A stretch of 64,000 nucleotides of DNA from Gammaproteobacteria bacterium (GCA_016200485.1 JACQEP010000010.1:287644-351643), one strand, 5' to 3'. Positions 19,312 to 30,602 are shown, counted from the stretch's first letter. Notes: generated from the letters alone by a model not told the origin. Numbers and translations are program-made.

Positions 19312-21525
19312 TCAACCCCGCGCCCGCGCGATCCTAATCACCGGTTCGATCGAACGAATGCGCCGCATCAAATTGGCTAAATGCTGCCGTCCCTGCACTT
19401 CCACCACCACCGACATCGTACTATGCCGGCCATCGCGCTCTTCGATACTGACGTTATCGATATTGGCACCCATCTCCGCAATCGCCGCTGCAACCGTTGC
19501 CAACACTCCACGCTGATTCAGCACATCGATACGCACTTCCACCGGGAAATCACTCTTGACGTGCGGCTCCCACTGCACATCAATCCACTTTTCCGGCAGC
19601 TTGCGATACTCGGCTACGTTTTTGCAGGATTCGACATGAATCACAATCCCACGGCCAGCGGTAACAAAGCCAACAATATTATCTCCCGGGATCGGCCGGC
19701 AACATTTGGCAAAATTGATCACCATGCCTTCGGTGCCTTTGATCATCAGTGGCCGCGACGTAGCACTCTTCTCGCCGCGCAACCAGGAAGGCACCATCTT
19801 GGTCAGCGTATCCATCAGGCCATGACTTTCTTTCTTCACCTCAGGGATAAACCGACGCGCCACCAGCATCGCCATCCGGTTACCCAGGCCAACGTCTTCG
19901 AGCAAACGGTCAACCGAGTCCAGTTTAAATTCATTCAACGCTGTCTGTAGTTCCGCAGCAGGCAAATGCTCGACCGACAAACCGTGGGCTGCCAATTCAT
20001 TATCCAACAACCGCCGACCGAGACTAATCGCCTCATCGCGCTGCAAATTCTTCAGGTAATAACGAATATTGGCCCGCGCTTTACCTGTCACCACAAAATT
20101 AAGCCATGACGGATTCGGACGCGCATTCTGGGCAGTGATAATTTCAACTGTTTGGCCGTTGGTCAACGGCGAACGCAATGGCGCCAACCGACGGTCGATC
20201 TTGGCGGCAACGCAGCGATTACCCACATCCGTATGCACCGCATAGGCGAAGTCCACGGGCGTTGAACCGCGTTTGAGCACCATGATCTTGCCCTTGGGCG
20301 TGAAGACGTAAACCTCACGCGGAAACAGATCGATCTTAACGTTCTCGAGAAACTCGACCGAACTGCCGGCATTTTGCTGCATTTCCAGCACGTTACGCAT
20401 CCACTCGCGCACCCGTGCATGCGGGCCAAGATGCTGCTGGTCTCCGGTCTTGTATTGCCAATGCGCGGCAACACCTGCGTCAGCAACCCGATCCATGTCC
20501 TCGGTGCGAATCTGCACCTCGATCGGCACACCGTAAGGTCCGAACAAAATCGTATGCACCGATTGATAACCGTTAGCCTTGGGAATGGCAATATAATCCT
20601 TGAATTTGCCTGGCACTGGCTTATAAAGATTATGAATCGCACCCAGGACGCGATAACAGCTGTCCACGCTATCCACCACAATCCGGAAGGCATAAACATC
20701 AAACACTTCAGTAAACGACAAACCCTTGCCGCGCATTTTTTGGTAAATGCTATAGAGATGTTTTTCGCGGCCAATGACCCGTCCGGACAAATGCTCCTGT
20801 TCCAAACGTTCCTTGATGCCTGATTCGATTTTATTAACGATCTCGCGGCGATTACCACGGGCGCGTTTCACCGCATCCAGCAGCACGCGATAGCGATCGG
20901 GATACAGCGCTTTAAATCCAAGATCTTCCAACTCCAGGCGCATGGCATTCAAGCCCAGACGATTGGCAATGGGCACAAAAATATCGAGTGTCTCGCGGGC
21001 AGTGCGGCGCCGTTTTTCCGGCTGCATATGCTCCAGGGTACGCATATTGTGCAACCGGTCGGCCAGTTTGATGAGCATGACGCGCAAATCGCGCATCATC
21101 GCCAGCAGCATCTTGCGGAAGTTTTCTGCCTCCGCAACCGCTTTATTTTCGAAACGGATTTGCGTCAGCTTGGTGACGCCGTCCACCAGCTCGGCAATCT
21201 CATCGCCGAACTCTTTATTCAGCGTCTCTTTGCTGACGCCGGTGTCTTCAACAACATCATGCAGAATGGCAGCAGCAACGGTGTGATAATCAAAACGCAT
21301 CTCGGCCATGATCTTGGCCACTGCCAACGGATGCGTAATGTAGAGCTCGCCGGACTGACGGCGTTGTTCTTTGTGTGATTCAGCACCAAAGACGAAGGCC
21401 CGGTGCACCTCGCTGATGTGGGCGGGTTCGAGATATTTCTCTAACTCCGCCCGCAATTCATCAAACAGAGGCTCCAGGCCTTGGGCAAGCTCAGAAGATA
21501 ACGAGACTGGATCGGAAGCGTTCAA
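19312..21525 (-). CDS. spoT: bifunctional (p)ppGpp synthetase/hydrolase SpoT
   Basis: 737 aa with an N-terminal HD domain (HDVVEDT), synthetase, TGS and ACT domains. It sits in the conserved gmk-rpoZ-spoT context. Confidence 0.9.
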   Translation of the reverse strand: MNASDPVSLSSELAQGLEPLFDELRAELEKYLEPAHISEVHRAFVFGAESHKEQRRQSGELYITHPLAVAKIMAEMRFDYHTVAAAILHDVVEDTGVSKETLNKEFGDEIAELVDGVTKLTQIRFENKAVAEAENFRKMLLAMMRDLRVMLIKLADRLHNMRTLEHMQPEKRRRTARETLDIFVPIANRLGLNAMRLELEDLGFKALYPDRYRVLLDAVKRARGNRREIVNKIESGIKERLEQEHLSGRVIGREKHLYSIYQKMRGKGLSFTEVFDVYAFRIVVDSVDSCYRVLGAIHNLYKPVPGKFKDYIAIPKANGYQSVHTILFGPYGVPIEVQIRTEDMDRVADAGVAAHWQYKTGDQQHLGPHARVREWMRNVLEMQQNAGSSVEFLENVKIDLFPREVYVFTPKGKIMVLKRGSTPVDFAYAVHTDVGNRCVAAKIDRRLAPLRSPLTNGQTVEIITAQNARPNPSWLNFVVTGKARANIRYYLKNLQRDEAISLGRRLLDNELAAHGLSVEHLPAAELQTALNEFKLDSVDRLLEDVGLGNRMAMLVARRFIPEVKKESHGLMDTLTKMVPSWLRGEKSATSRPLMIKGTEGMVINFAKCCRPIPGDNIVGFVTAGRGIVIHVESCKNVAEYRKLPEKWIDVQWEPHVKSDFPVEVRIDVLNQRGVLATVAAAIAEMGANIDNVSIEERDGRHSTMSVVVEVQGRQHLANLMRRIRSIEPVIRIARARG

Positions 21526-21542
21526 GCACTGCCTCGGCGATC

Positions 21543-21845
21543 TTAATCGTCGACACCCTCATCCGCGATGACCTGCGTCGTTTCCGCGGTCACTTCCTCA
21601 ACGGAAATCTTGGACACTTCGTCCGTGCCACGCTCGGTCTCAATCTGGTCCAGCAGTGCCAGGTTCAGCTTGTTCTCGGCGATTTCGCGCAGCGCGACAA
21701 CGGTAGGCTTGTCGTTTTCCCACGGTACCATCGGCTCCTTGCCCGAGGCAATCTGCCGGGCCCGCTTGCTGGCCACCAGCACAAGCTCAAAACGGTTATC
21801 AACGTGTTCCAGACAATCTTCGACGGTTACGCGTGCCATGGTCAA
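21543..21845 (-). CDS. rpoZ: DNA-directed RNA polymerase subunit omega
   Basis: The sequence contains [29 protein letters not shown]; the start is Met-1 or Met-3. Confidence 0.9.
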   Translation of the reverse strand: MTMARVTVEDCLEHVDNRFELVLVASKRARQIASGKEPMVPWENDKPTVVALREIAENKLNLALLDQIETERGTDEVSKISVEEVTAETTQVIADEGVDD

Positions 21846-21918
21846 CTCCAGGGTAAAAAGGACAGTTTCAAGGAAACGAAGAATTATACATGATCGGACA
21901 GGGTTAGGTTAAGTCGGA

Positions 21919-22686
<768 letters not shown>

Positions 22687-23074
22687 TTACAATAGCCGCC
22701 TTTCAATAACGATAAAAAAAATGGGTAGCAAGACCATAGAGAGATTAAGACCAAAGAGATGATGCCTGATGTCTTTAAGAATTATCCAAAATGGCTGAAA
22801 TCGACACACATTGGACCATTCGAAAATATCCTAGGGAATTGGGAAAAGTAGCTCTGACATCTGAATTTGTCTGAGCATTCTTTTCGCCGACGCAATCGGT
22901 TAACCAGCAATAGGACTTTCTTTTCGTCAATTACCCATATAAAATGAACGGAAAAATAATACCCAAAAGCACCACTTTTCACACACATTGCACGTAATTG
23001 TGCTGGATATCGACGGCCGATCTAGCGGTGGAGCTGATTGTGATGCGTGTCACCATAACAAACTGGTAGCAGAG

Positions 23075-25375
23075 ATGATTAATCGCGTTTCCTCGAAACT
23101 CCTCGTTCGTGAATTATTTGTGTTTATCACCGCAGTTGTACTTAGTGCATGCGGCGGCACAGACAACAGCACTGGAACCACCAGCAATGACGAGAGCAAC
23201 GTCCTGTCTGGTAGCAATGTTAATGTCAACAATGAGAATGTGGCGACAGTTTGGAAAACCGTTGACGCCAGTTGGCAACATAGCGCAGCAATCAAGAGTG
23301 ATGGCACCTTATGGACATGGGGAGATAACGGATTTGGTGAGCTCGGGGATGGTACAAACTCCAACCGAGAAGTACCGGTGCAGATATCAGGGGCGGAATG
23401 GAAAAGTGTTGCCACAGGTAATATTCATACAATTGCGGTTAAAGGCGATGGTACCCTTTGGGCATGGGGAAATAACTTTTATGGACAACTCGGCAATGGT
23501 GCCGTGAATTATGGTGCTGGAGAGAATGCTCCAGTGCATATTGGTAATGACAATGATTGGGTCAGCGTTTCGGCAGGGTACGATTATTCTGTTGCGATAA
23601 AAGAGAACGGTACTCTCTGGGCATGGGGCAATAACATGAGAGGCCAGCTTGGAGATGATGCGACTGTAGATCATTATGTTCCGGTACAGATTGGCTCAAG
23701 CAAGAACTGGATTAGTTTAGCAGCAGGAAATCTTCATGTTGTTGCGATTAAGGCGGATGGAACCCTTTGGGCATGGGGCGACAATACGTTTGGCCAACTC
23801 GGAGACGGTACTACCGAGCAACGAAATCTGCCTATACAGGTCGGTACCGATACCGATTGGGTTACTGTCAGCGCAGGCAATTATCACACATTAGCCATTA
23901 AGCGCGATGGTACGCTCTGGGGCTGGGGAAGTAATGGTGTTGGTCAGCTTGGTGATGGTGCATCCATACAGAGACTCAGCCCCGCGCAAATCGGTCTAGA
24001 CGCTAACTGGGCTGCTGTAACAGCGGGTGCTTTTCATACAATTGCCGTAAAGAGTGATGGCACCCTTTGGGGATGGGGAGATAACTGGCGAAATCAGCTA
24101 GGTGATGGCACAACTACGCAACGGCGCAGCCCAACTCGAATTGGTGTAGACACAGACTGGTCCAGAGCTGCTGCTGGCGGCGCTCACAATATTGCACTCA
24201 AGCGTAACGGTACACTCTGGACCTGGGGCCAAAATGACTATGGCCAACTGGGCAATGGGACGAGCGTGCGAACGCAGGATCGCAGGATACCGACACGTAT
24301 CAATGACGCTATGGTGTGGAAGAAAATCGCAGCTGGTGGAGATCATACCGTCGGCATCAAGGATGACGGTACACTGTGGGCCTGGGGTGATAATACAAAT
24401 GGACAGCTTGGTGATGGCACCACTGTCTATCGAAAAAATCCAATCCAGATTGGCGGCGCGACCGATTGGACTTTTGCGACAGCAGGAACTTCATACACTT
24501 TAGCCCTCAAAAATGACGGTACGCTGTGGGCGTGGGGATATAATGGATTCGGTCAGCTTGGAGACGGCACCACCATCGATCGACATCAGCCAATACGAAT
24601 CGGCACTGCCACTAATTGGACAAGTGTAGTGGCGGGGTATAGCCATTCAGTAGCACTCAAAACTGACGGTACCCTGTGGGCTTGGGGAGACAATGCCTCG
24701 AATCAGCTTGGCATTAATACACTTACGCGTAGCAATGTTCCAATCAAGATTAGCTCAAGTATAGGCTGGCGTAGTGTAGCGGTAGGAGCCTTTCATACGG
24801 TAGCGATTAAGGCGGACGGGACTCTCTGGGCATGGGGAGGAAATTGGTATGGACAGCTCGGTGATGGTACCAATACTAATCAAAACGTCCCCGTGCAAAT
24901 CGGGACTGATCAAGACTGGAGCACTGTTGCGGCCGGAAGCGGGGATACTTTTGCAATCAAAAGTGATACCTCCCTCTGGGGCTGGGGTTATAACCAAAGC
25001 GGTCAACTTGGTGATGGATCAGTAGAAAACCGCAGTTCTCCAGTTCAGGTTCAAGCGGGCGCTGAAACTGGTTGGATTAATATAGCCATTGGTGATGATC
25101 ATTGCGTAGCAATCAAAGCTGACGGAACGCTCTGGGCTTGGGGGTATAATTTATATGGCCAACGTGGAGATGATGTGAATCTAACGGTGGACAGTACCCC
25201 ATCACGAATTAGCGATGATACACCTTGGTCAGGTGTCGCAGCTGGCGCTCAACATTCGGTTGCACTCAAAGCTGATGGAACAGTCTTTACTTGGGGAAAC
25301 AACTATTATGGCCAGCTTGGCATTGGTGTATCTGGTATAGATCAAAACAGTTTAGTGCCAATTGCTATCCCCTGA
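23075..25375 (+). CDS. RCC1-repeat (7-bladed propeller x2) lipoprotein
   Basis: About 14 tandem units of roughly 50 aa with the DGTLWAWG-N-x-GQLGDGT signature. The likely start is Met at 23075 (MINRVSS...FITAVVLSACGG, lipobox LSAC). The listed ORF start at 22988 is an in-frame upstream extension. The region is visibly AT-richer than its flanks. Confidence 0.75.
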   Translation: MINRVSSKLLVRELFVFITAVVLSACGGTDNSTGTTSNDESNVLSGSNVNVNNENVATVWKTVDASWQHSAAIKSDGTLWTWGDNGFGELGDGTNSNREVPVQISGAEWKSVATGNIHTIAVKGDGTLWAWGNNFYGQLGNGAVNYGAGENAPVHIGNDNDWVSVSAGYDYSVAIKENGTLWAWGNNMRGQLGDDATVDHYVPVQIGSSKNWISLAAGNLHVVAIKADGTLWAWGDNTFGQLGDGTTEQRNLPIQVGTDTDWVTVSAGNYHTLAIKRDGTLWGWGSNGVGQLGDGASIQRLSPAQIGLDANWAAVTAGAFHTIAVKSDGTLWGWGDNWRNQLGDGTTTQRRSPTRIGVDTDWSRAAAGGAHNIALKRNGTLWTWGQNDYGQLGNGTSVRTQDRRIPTRINDAMVWKKIAAGGDHTVGIKDDGTLWAWGDNTNGQLGDGTTVYRKNPIQIGGATDWTFATAGTSYTLALKNDGTLWAWGYNGFGQLGDGTTIDRHQPIRIGTATNWTSVVAGYSHSVALKTDGTLWAWGDNASNQLGINTLTRSNVPIKISSSIGWRSVAVGAFHTVAIKADGTLWAWGGNWYGQLGDGTNTNQNVPVQIGTDQDWSTVAAGSGDTFAIKSDTSLWGWGYNQSGQLGDGSVENRSSPVQVQAGAETGWINIAIGDDHCVAIKADGTLWAWGYNLYGQRGDDVNLTVDSTPSRISDDTPWSGVAAGAQHSVALKADGTVFTWGNNYYGQLGIGVSGIDQNSLVPIAIP

Positions 25376-25486
25376 TTAACTCGAAGGGGCTTGAATGGCC
25401 GCTTCTGAGCTATTCTGTTGAAAAACTCGGCTTCAAATTGTCCGCAATGCCTTCATGAAGCAAATTGAGACAGAATTGTCTCTTGA

Positions 25487-25557
25487 AAACCCATCATCGC
25501 GATGCGATGGTGGGTTAGAGGGGTATTAATTGTTTTAGATTACGAGGATTATCACCA
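25487..25557 (+). pseudogene. decayed 3' remnant of a higB-type (RelE/ParE superfamily) toxin gene
   Basis: A short open frame ends ...GVLIVLDYEDYH immediately before higA. The DYEDYH C-terminus is what I recall for HigB toxins. Upstream there is an in-frame stop and no intact N-terminus. Confidence 0.35.
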
Positions 25558-25869
25558 ATGGCCATGCACAACCCACCGCATCCCGGCGAATTCATTCGGG
25601 AAATATACATCACACCTTTCGCCATCAGCGTGCGCAAGGTAGCGGAGAGCCTGGGCGTATCGCCTTCGACGCTCAACCGGCTGCTGAACGGTGAAAGCAA
25701 TGTCTCGCCCGAGATGGCCTTACGATTGTCAAAAGCACTTGGGCGTTCGCCGGAGAGCTGGCTGTCGATGCAGGATCATTATGATCTCTGGCACGCACGA
25801 AAAAATATCAATCTGAAAGCGGTCAAGAAGCTGAAAATAGATACTGCGGATCAGCATACCGCTCAATAG
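25558..25869 (+). CDS. higA: HigA-family antitoxin (XRE-type HTH)
   Basis: 103 aa starting MHNPPHPGEFIREIYITPF, with the HTH SVRKVAESLGVSPSTLNRLLNGE; this is typical HigA. Confidence 0.8.
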   Translation: MAMHNPPHPGEFIREIYITPFAISVRKVAESLGVSPSTLNRLLNGESNVSPEMALRLSKALGRSPESWLSMQDHYDLWHARKNINLKAVKKLKIDTADQHTAQ

Positions 25870-25872
25870 AAA

Positions 25873-26014
25873 TGTAGGGTGGGTTAGCGTTTTTTGCGTA
25901 ACCCACCAACTGTGCCGTCAGGCACTCATTAAAAAATGGTTTGTGTTGCTACGCAATGCTTGGTGGATTACGGCGCAAAAAATCGCGCCTAACCCACCCT
26001 ACATTGATACTCGC
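25873..26014. repeat. ~140-bp MITE-like element, family 'gtagggtgggttag' (copy 1)
   Basis: Terminal inverted repeats tgtagggtgggttagc ... gcctaacccaccctaca enclose a conserved internal aacccaccaactgtgccgtcaggcactca. The element is near-identical to the copy at 28994-29134 and in the same orientation. Confidence 0.7.
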
Positions 26015-26039
26015 CGTTATCTTAATGGCACCATCCTAA

Positions 26040-26906
26040 TCACTCAATATTCTGCACCTGTTCCCTAATCTGCTCGATCAACACCTTAAGCTCAACACTC
26101 ACTTTCGTCAGCTCAGTGTCCGTGGATTTTGAACCCAGCGTATTCGCCTCGCGATTAAGTTCCTGCATCAGAAAATCGAGTCGTCGGCCGACGGGTTCTT
26201 TGCGTGCCAATACATGGCGTACTTCCTGGACATGATGGGTGAGGCGGTCGATTTCTTCATCGACATCCATTTTTTGCATCAACAGGACGATTTCCTGCTC
26301 CAGACGCCCGGGTTCCAATTCGACTTTGAGTTCACCTAAGCGATCTTCGAGACGAGTGCGAATCTGCGTCCGTAATTCGGGCAGACGGACGCGGGCACCG
26401 GCCACCAGTTGATCAATCGTGTCGCAGCGTTGTTCGATGACGGCCTTGAGCTTGGCGCCTTCGCGGGCGCGGTTGTCGATCATCTCGGTGAGGGTTTCGT
26501 CGAGCAAGGCGATGACGGCTTCGTAGAGCGGCTCGAAATCCTGTTCGGTGATTTGCATCACGCCGGGCCAACGCAATACATCCAGCGGATTCACTGGCGC
26601 GCTATCGGCAAAATAGGTGCTGATGTCATTGCTGGCCTTGGCGACACGTTTGACGACATCGGTGTCGAGGGCGAATTCACGCGCTTCGGTCGCCACGGCC
26701 TGAAAACGCAACCCGGCATCGACCTTGCCGCGACTCAATCGCTCACTGATCCGCTCACGGATGCGGGATTCAATGCTGCGCAAGTCATCGGGTATCCGCA
26801 GGCTAACATCAAGATAACGATGATTGACGGAGCGCAGTTCCCAGCGCAGGCGGCCAAATTCGGTGTCGCGCTCGCGGCGGGCGAACGAGGTCATGCTTAA
26901 AATCAT
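26040..26906 (-). CDS. yicC: YicC family stress-induced protein (YicC_N + DUF1732)
   Basis: 288 aa starting MTSFAR...LRWELRSVNHRYLD. It is divergent from rph, as in E. coli. Confidence 0.85.
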   Translation of the reverse strand: MILSMTSFARRERDTEFGRLRWELRSVNHRYLDVSLRIPDDLRSIESRIRERISERLSRGKVDAGLRFQAVATEAREFALDTDVVKRVAKASNDISTYFADSAPVNPLDVLRWPGVMQITEQDFEPLYEAVIALLDETLTEMIDNRAREGAKLKAVIEQRCDTIDQLVAGARVRLPELRTQIRTRLEDRLGELKVELEPGRLEQEIVLLMQKMDVDEEIDRLTHHVQEVRHVLARKEPVGRRLDFLMQELNREANTLGSKSTDTELTKVSVELKVLIEQIREQVQNIE

Positions 26907-26952
26907 GTGAGTGCAAACTCCAAAAAAGAAAATAGGTATAACTGCTGAAAGA

Positions 26953-27055
26953 CTCCCTCTCCCCCAGGGAGAGGGTTGGGGTGAGGGGGTAATTCGTGCA
27001 ACTGCTTAATTACATCCCCTCATCCTAGCCTTCTCCCTAAGGGAGAAGGGACTAG
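26953..27055. repeat. ~105-bp REP/MITE-like element with GGGAGAGGGTTGGGGTGAGGGG core
   Basis: The sequence ctccctctcccccagggagagggttggggtgaggggg...ccttctccctaagggagaagggactag is the reverse complement of the element at 40240-40344. Partial cores occur at 2616-2653 and 14870-14925. Confidence 0.6.
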
Positions 27056-27085
27056 AACTGTAAAGATCCATCAAAACTCACGCGC

Positions 27086-27376
27086 TCAGACATTCACTGC
27101 CTCCCGCTCGATAAAAGGACGCAACTCGGATCGCATGGCTTTTTCGATGACCAGATCGACCGGGCAACCCAGCTCATCTTCCAGGTAAAACTGCACCCCA
27201 AAATAACGCTGCGACGTGGCCGGCCCATCAAATGCCACGACAATATCCAAATCACTATCCGGCCGGGCTTCATCACGCGCCGTGGAGCCGAACAAGGCCA
27301 ACCGGGTGACGCCAAAGCGCCGCACCAGTTCAGGCTTGGCGCGGGCAAGTGCCTGTAGTGCCTGCATCCGATTCAT
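27086..27376 (-). CDS. minimal nucleotidyltransferase (MNT/MntA-like antitoxin-type)
   Basis: Pol-beta-type NTase motif GSTARDEARPDSDLDIVV. The start is assigned to the internal Met (MNRMQ), which has an upstream agaggggg RBS. Confidence 0.7.
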   Translation of the reverse strand: MNRMQALQALARAKPELVRRFGVTRLALFGSTARDEARPDSDLDIVVAFDGPATSQRYFGVQFYLEDELGCPVDLVIEKAMRSELRPFIEREAVNV

Positions 27377-27675
27377 AACCAGCCCCCTCTTTAGTAGTTG
27401 GCCTATGGTAACCCTTAGCCCGGACATTTCACCATAAATCTGCTGCGGCCGCCTAATGCATTGAATCTTCAAGCCGTACTCGCTTTTGCCGCCTCAACAT
27501 AGTGTTGACTATGTCTTCGCCGCCAAAAGTTCCGTGCGCCTCAAATCTTCAACACCTTAGACACGCCCTCGCAACGATCCATAGTGAAATATCCGGGCTC
27601 GCCATCGACAGAGAAAGGGTAAGGGGGTTTAGGGTATAATTCCGCGCTTTCGTCTTACAAATAAAGGAATTTGCT

Positions 27676-28395
27676 ATGCGTCCCAGCGGCCGAAGCCCCG
27701 ACCAATTACGTCCGATCAAGATCACCCGCCGCTTTACCAAGCATGCGGAGGGATCGGTTTTGGTGGAATTCGGCGATACCCGGGTGATTTGCACCGCATC
27801 GGTGGAGCGCCGGGTGCCGCGCTTCATGAAAGACAGCAATCAGGGTTGGGTCACGGCGGAATACGGCATGTTGCCGCGTTCTACCGGCCAGCGCATGCAT
27901 CGCGAGGCCGCTTCGGGCAAACAGGGTGGCCGCACGATGGAGATTCAGCGCCTGATCGGCCGCTCGCTGCGGGCGGTGGTAAATCTGGAACTGCTGGCGG
28001 ATCACACCATCACCATCGACTGTGACGTGATTCAGGCCGATGGCGGCACGCGCACGGCGTCGATCACCGGCGGCTATGTGGCGCTGGTGGACGCCTGCCG
28101 TCATTTGCACAAGACGGGCGCCATCAAAAAAGACCCGCTCTACGGCCAAATCGCCTCGGTATCGGTGGGAATTTTTAATGGCGTGCCGGTATTGGATCTC
28201 GATTATGCCGAAGATTCCGCCGCTGAAACGGATATGAATGTCGTGATGAATGAGGCCGGTGCCTTTATCGAAGTCCAAGGCACGGCGGAAGGCCACGCCT
28301 TCCGCATGGATGAGCTGCAATCGATGTTGGGGCTGGCACAGGGCGGGATCACCACGCTGCTCGAACAACAACGCAAGGCATTGGCGGAAGCGTAA
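27676..28395 (+). CDS. rph: ribonuclease PH
   Basis: 239 aa starting [14 protein letters not shown]..., closely similar throughout to E. coli Rph. Confidence 0.95.
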   Translation: MRPSGRSPDQLRPIKITRRFTKHAEGSVLVEFGDTRVICTASVERRVPRFMKDSNQGWVTAEYGMLPRSTGQRMHREAASGKQGGRTMEIQRLIGRSLRAVVNLELLADHTITIDCDVIQADGGTRTASITGGYVALVDACRHLHKTGAIKKDPLYGQIASVSVGIFNGVPVLDLDYAEDSAAETDMNVVMNEAGAFIEVQGTAEGHAFRMDELQSMLGLAQGGITTLLEQQRKALAEA

Positions 28396-28397
28396 CC

Positions 28398-29000
28398 ATG
28401 AAGCAAAGGCTGGTACTTGCCACGGGCAATCGCGGCAAGGTGCGTGAGATCGGTGAAATGCTCGCTGAATTTTCATGGGACGTGGTGCCGCAAACCGATT
28501 GCAACGTCACTGAAATTGAAGAGACAGGTTTGAGCTTCGTTGAAAACGCGATCCTCAAGGCGCGCAATGCGGCGGCGCAAACGGGATTACCGGCGATTGC
28601 CGACGATTCCGGGCTGGAAGTGGATTTTCTGCGCGGCGCACCGGGGATTTATTCTTCGCGCTACGCGGGCGTTGATGCGTCTGATAGTGACAACGTCAGC
28701 AAGCTGTTAACCGCGATGGCCGATGTGCCGGATACGGAACGCAGTGCCCGGTTTCAGTGTCTGATGGTGTTCATGCGTCATGCGCACGATCCAACGCCGC
28801 TGATTTGTCAGGGCACATGGGAAGGCCGCATTCTGCATGCGCCACGCGGCAATGGTGGTTTTGGTTATGACCCAGTGTTTTTTGTACCGGAACAGAATTG
28901 TGCAAGCGCGGAATTGACACCCGCGGTAAAGAATCAATTGAGTCATCGTGGACAGGCATTACGGAAGTTGGTTGAAAATTTGAAGGCATTGTCAATGTAG
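28398..29000 (+). CDS. rdgB: dITP/XTP pyrophosphatase RdgB (Ham1 family)
   Basis: 200 aa with [11 protein letters not shown] and FGYDPVF motifs. It lies 3 bp after rph. Confidence 0.9.
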   Translation: MKQRLVLATGNRGKVREIGEMLAEFSWDVVPQTDCNVTEIEETGLSFVENAILKARNAAAQTGLPAIADDSGLEVDFLRGAPGIYSSRYAGVDASDSDNVSKLLTAMADVPDTERSARFQCLMVFMRHAHDPTPLICQGTWEGRILHAPRGNGGFGYDPVFFVPEQNCASAELTPAVKNQLSHRGQALRKLVENLKALSM

Positions 29001-29134
29001 GGTGGGTTAGCTGCGAGTTTTTTCGCAGCGTAACCCACCAACTGTGCCGTCAGGCACTCACTAAAAAATGCATTGTGTTGCTATGCAACGCTCGGTGGGT
29101 TACGCAAAATACGCTAACCCACCCTACATTTGGT
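28994..29134. repeat. ~140-bp MITE-like element, family 'gtagggtgggttag' (copy 2)
   Basis: atgtagggtgggttagc...gctaacccaccctacat is a direct repeat of the 25873-26014 copy. Its 5' end overlaps the rdgB stop codon. Confidence 0.7.
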
Positions 29135-29146
29135 TAGATCACTATT

Positions 29147-30493
29147 ATGAAAGCACCCGAACTACTCGCCCCTGCTGGCACCCTCAACAACATGCGCTAT
29201 GCCTTTGCTTATGGCGCGGATGCGGTATATGCCGGCCAGCCACGCTACAGCTTGCGGGTGCGCAATAACGATTTCGATTTGAACAATCTTGCTATCGGCA
29301 TCGATGAAGCGCACAGACTCGGCAAAAAGTTTTTTGTCGCCAGCAATCTGATGCCGCATAACCGCAAGGTAGACAGCTATCTTGGTGACATGGAACCGGT
29401 GATTGCACTCAAACCGGATGCGCTGATCATGGCCGATCCTGGCCTGATCATGATGGTGCGCGAAAAGTGGCCGGAGATGCCGATTCATCTTTCGGTGCAG
29501 GCCAACACCGTGAACTACGCGGCGGTTAAATTCTGGAAGTCACTGGGACTATCGCGCGTCATCCTGTCGCGTGAATTGTCACTGGAAGAAATCGAAGATA
29601 TTCGCCAACGCTGCCCAGACATGGAGCTGGAAGTGTTTGTCCATGGTGCATTGTGTATCGCTTATTCCGGCCGTTGCCTGCTCTCCGGTTATTTTAATCA
29701 TCGCGACCCGAATCAAGGTACCTGCACTAATGCCTGCCGCTGGGAATATGGCGTTAGCCCTGCCCGCGAGACCGAAACAGGCGATATTCAAAAAATAGAG
29801 TTCGATGTCTTTAAGGCAATGACCGAAACCGGTTACGCCGATCGCAGCGACATTCCACGCCATCCGTTGGCGGATAATGTGTATTTGATTGCCGAAAAGA
29901 ACCGGCCAGATGATTGGATGCCGATCCTTGAAGACGAACACGGCACCTACATCATGAATTCAAAGGACTTGCGCGCGATTGAGCACGTTGAGCGGTTGGC
30001 AAAAATCGGCATCGACTCACTCAAGATCGAAGGCCGCACCAAGTCACATTATTACGTTGCCCGCACTGCGCAGACCTATCGTCAGGCAATCGATGATGCC
30101 GTGGCTGGCCGCCCGTTTAATCCGCGCCTGATGGGCATCCTCGAAAACCTCGCTAATCGCGGCTACACCGATGGCTTTTATCAACGCCATCACAGCGTGG
30201 AACAGCAGAATTACATCGAAGGCATTTCAAAATCGGTGCAACAACAATTCGTGGGTGAAATTACGGGTTATGACAGAACGACAGGCATAGCCGATGTGGA
30301 GGTCAAAAACAAATTCCGTGTCGGCGATGAGCTGGAGCTGATTCTGCCGCAGGGCAATCGCATGATTCGCCTGGAGCGCATGGAAAGCCTGAAGGGCGAA
30401 GCGATGAACGAAGCCCCCGGCGCGGGATATCACGTCCGCATCCCGCTACCGGACGCCAACACTGATTACGGATTGATTGCGCGACAACTGTAG
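29147..30493 (+). CDS. peptidase U32 family protein (YegQ/TrhP-like)
   Basis: 448 aa with the U32 signature E-x-F-x-HGA-x-C-x-x-YSGRC-x-LS (EVFVHGALCIAYSGRCLLS). Confidence 0.8.
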   Translation: MKAPELLAPAGTLNNMRYAFAYGADAVYAGQPRYSLRVRNNDFDLNNLAIGIDEAHRLGKKFFVASNLMPHNRKVDSYLGDMEPVIALKPDALIMADPGLIMMVREKWPEMPIHLSVQANTVNYAAVKFWKSLGLSRVILSRELSLEEIEDIRQRCPDMELEVFVHGALCIAYSGRCLLSGYFNHRDPNQGTCTNACRWEYGVSPARETETGDIQKIEFDVFKAMTETGYADRSDIPRHPLADNVYLIAEKNRPDDWMPILEDEHGTYIMNSKDLRAIEHVERLAKIGIDSLKIEGRTKSHYYVARTAQTYRQAIDDAVAGRPFNPRLMGILENLANRGYTDGFYQRHHSVEQQNYIEGISKSVQQQFVGEITGYDRTTGIADVEVKNKFRVGDELELILPQGNRMIRLERMESLKGEAMNEAPGAGYHVRIPLPDANTDYGLIARQL

Positions 30494-30519
30494 GGGCAGG
30501 TTTTAAACCTGCCCCTACC
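30491..30519. terminator. palindromic hairpin taggggcaggttttaaacctgcccctacc immediately after the U32 stop
   Basis: The palindrome is visible in the sequence. A near-identical palindrome follows the asmA stop at 48568-48600, so this may be a REP-type terminator family. Confidence 0.5.
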
Positions 30520-30602
30520 ATTTTGAGATTTAAAATCCGCCCTTGCGAATCGGGCACCAGGCTCGCCACCGCCACAATTTCTCGGTCATATGGCCGGCAG
30601 GT

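Noticed and set aside
20163-20858. 231-aa minus-strand ORF inside spoT in another frame
   Set aside because: It is an alternative frame of a well-supported spoT and has a Cys/Arg-rich artefactual composition.
22988-23074. N-terminal 29-aa extension of the RCC1 lipoprotein ORF
   Set aside because: The extension has no signal peptide character. The internal Met at 23075 gives a canonical lipoprotein signal (…VVLSAC).
27706-28476. 256-aa minus-strand ORF covering rph
   Set aside because: rph on the + strand is unambiguous; the antisense frame is low-complexity and Arg/His-rich.
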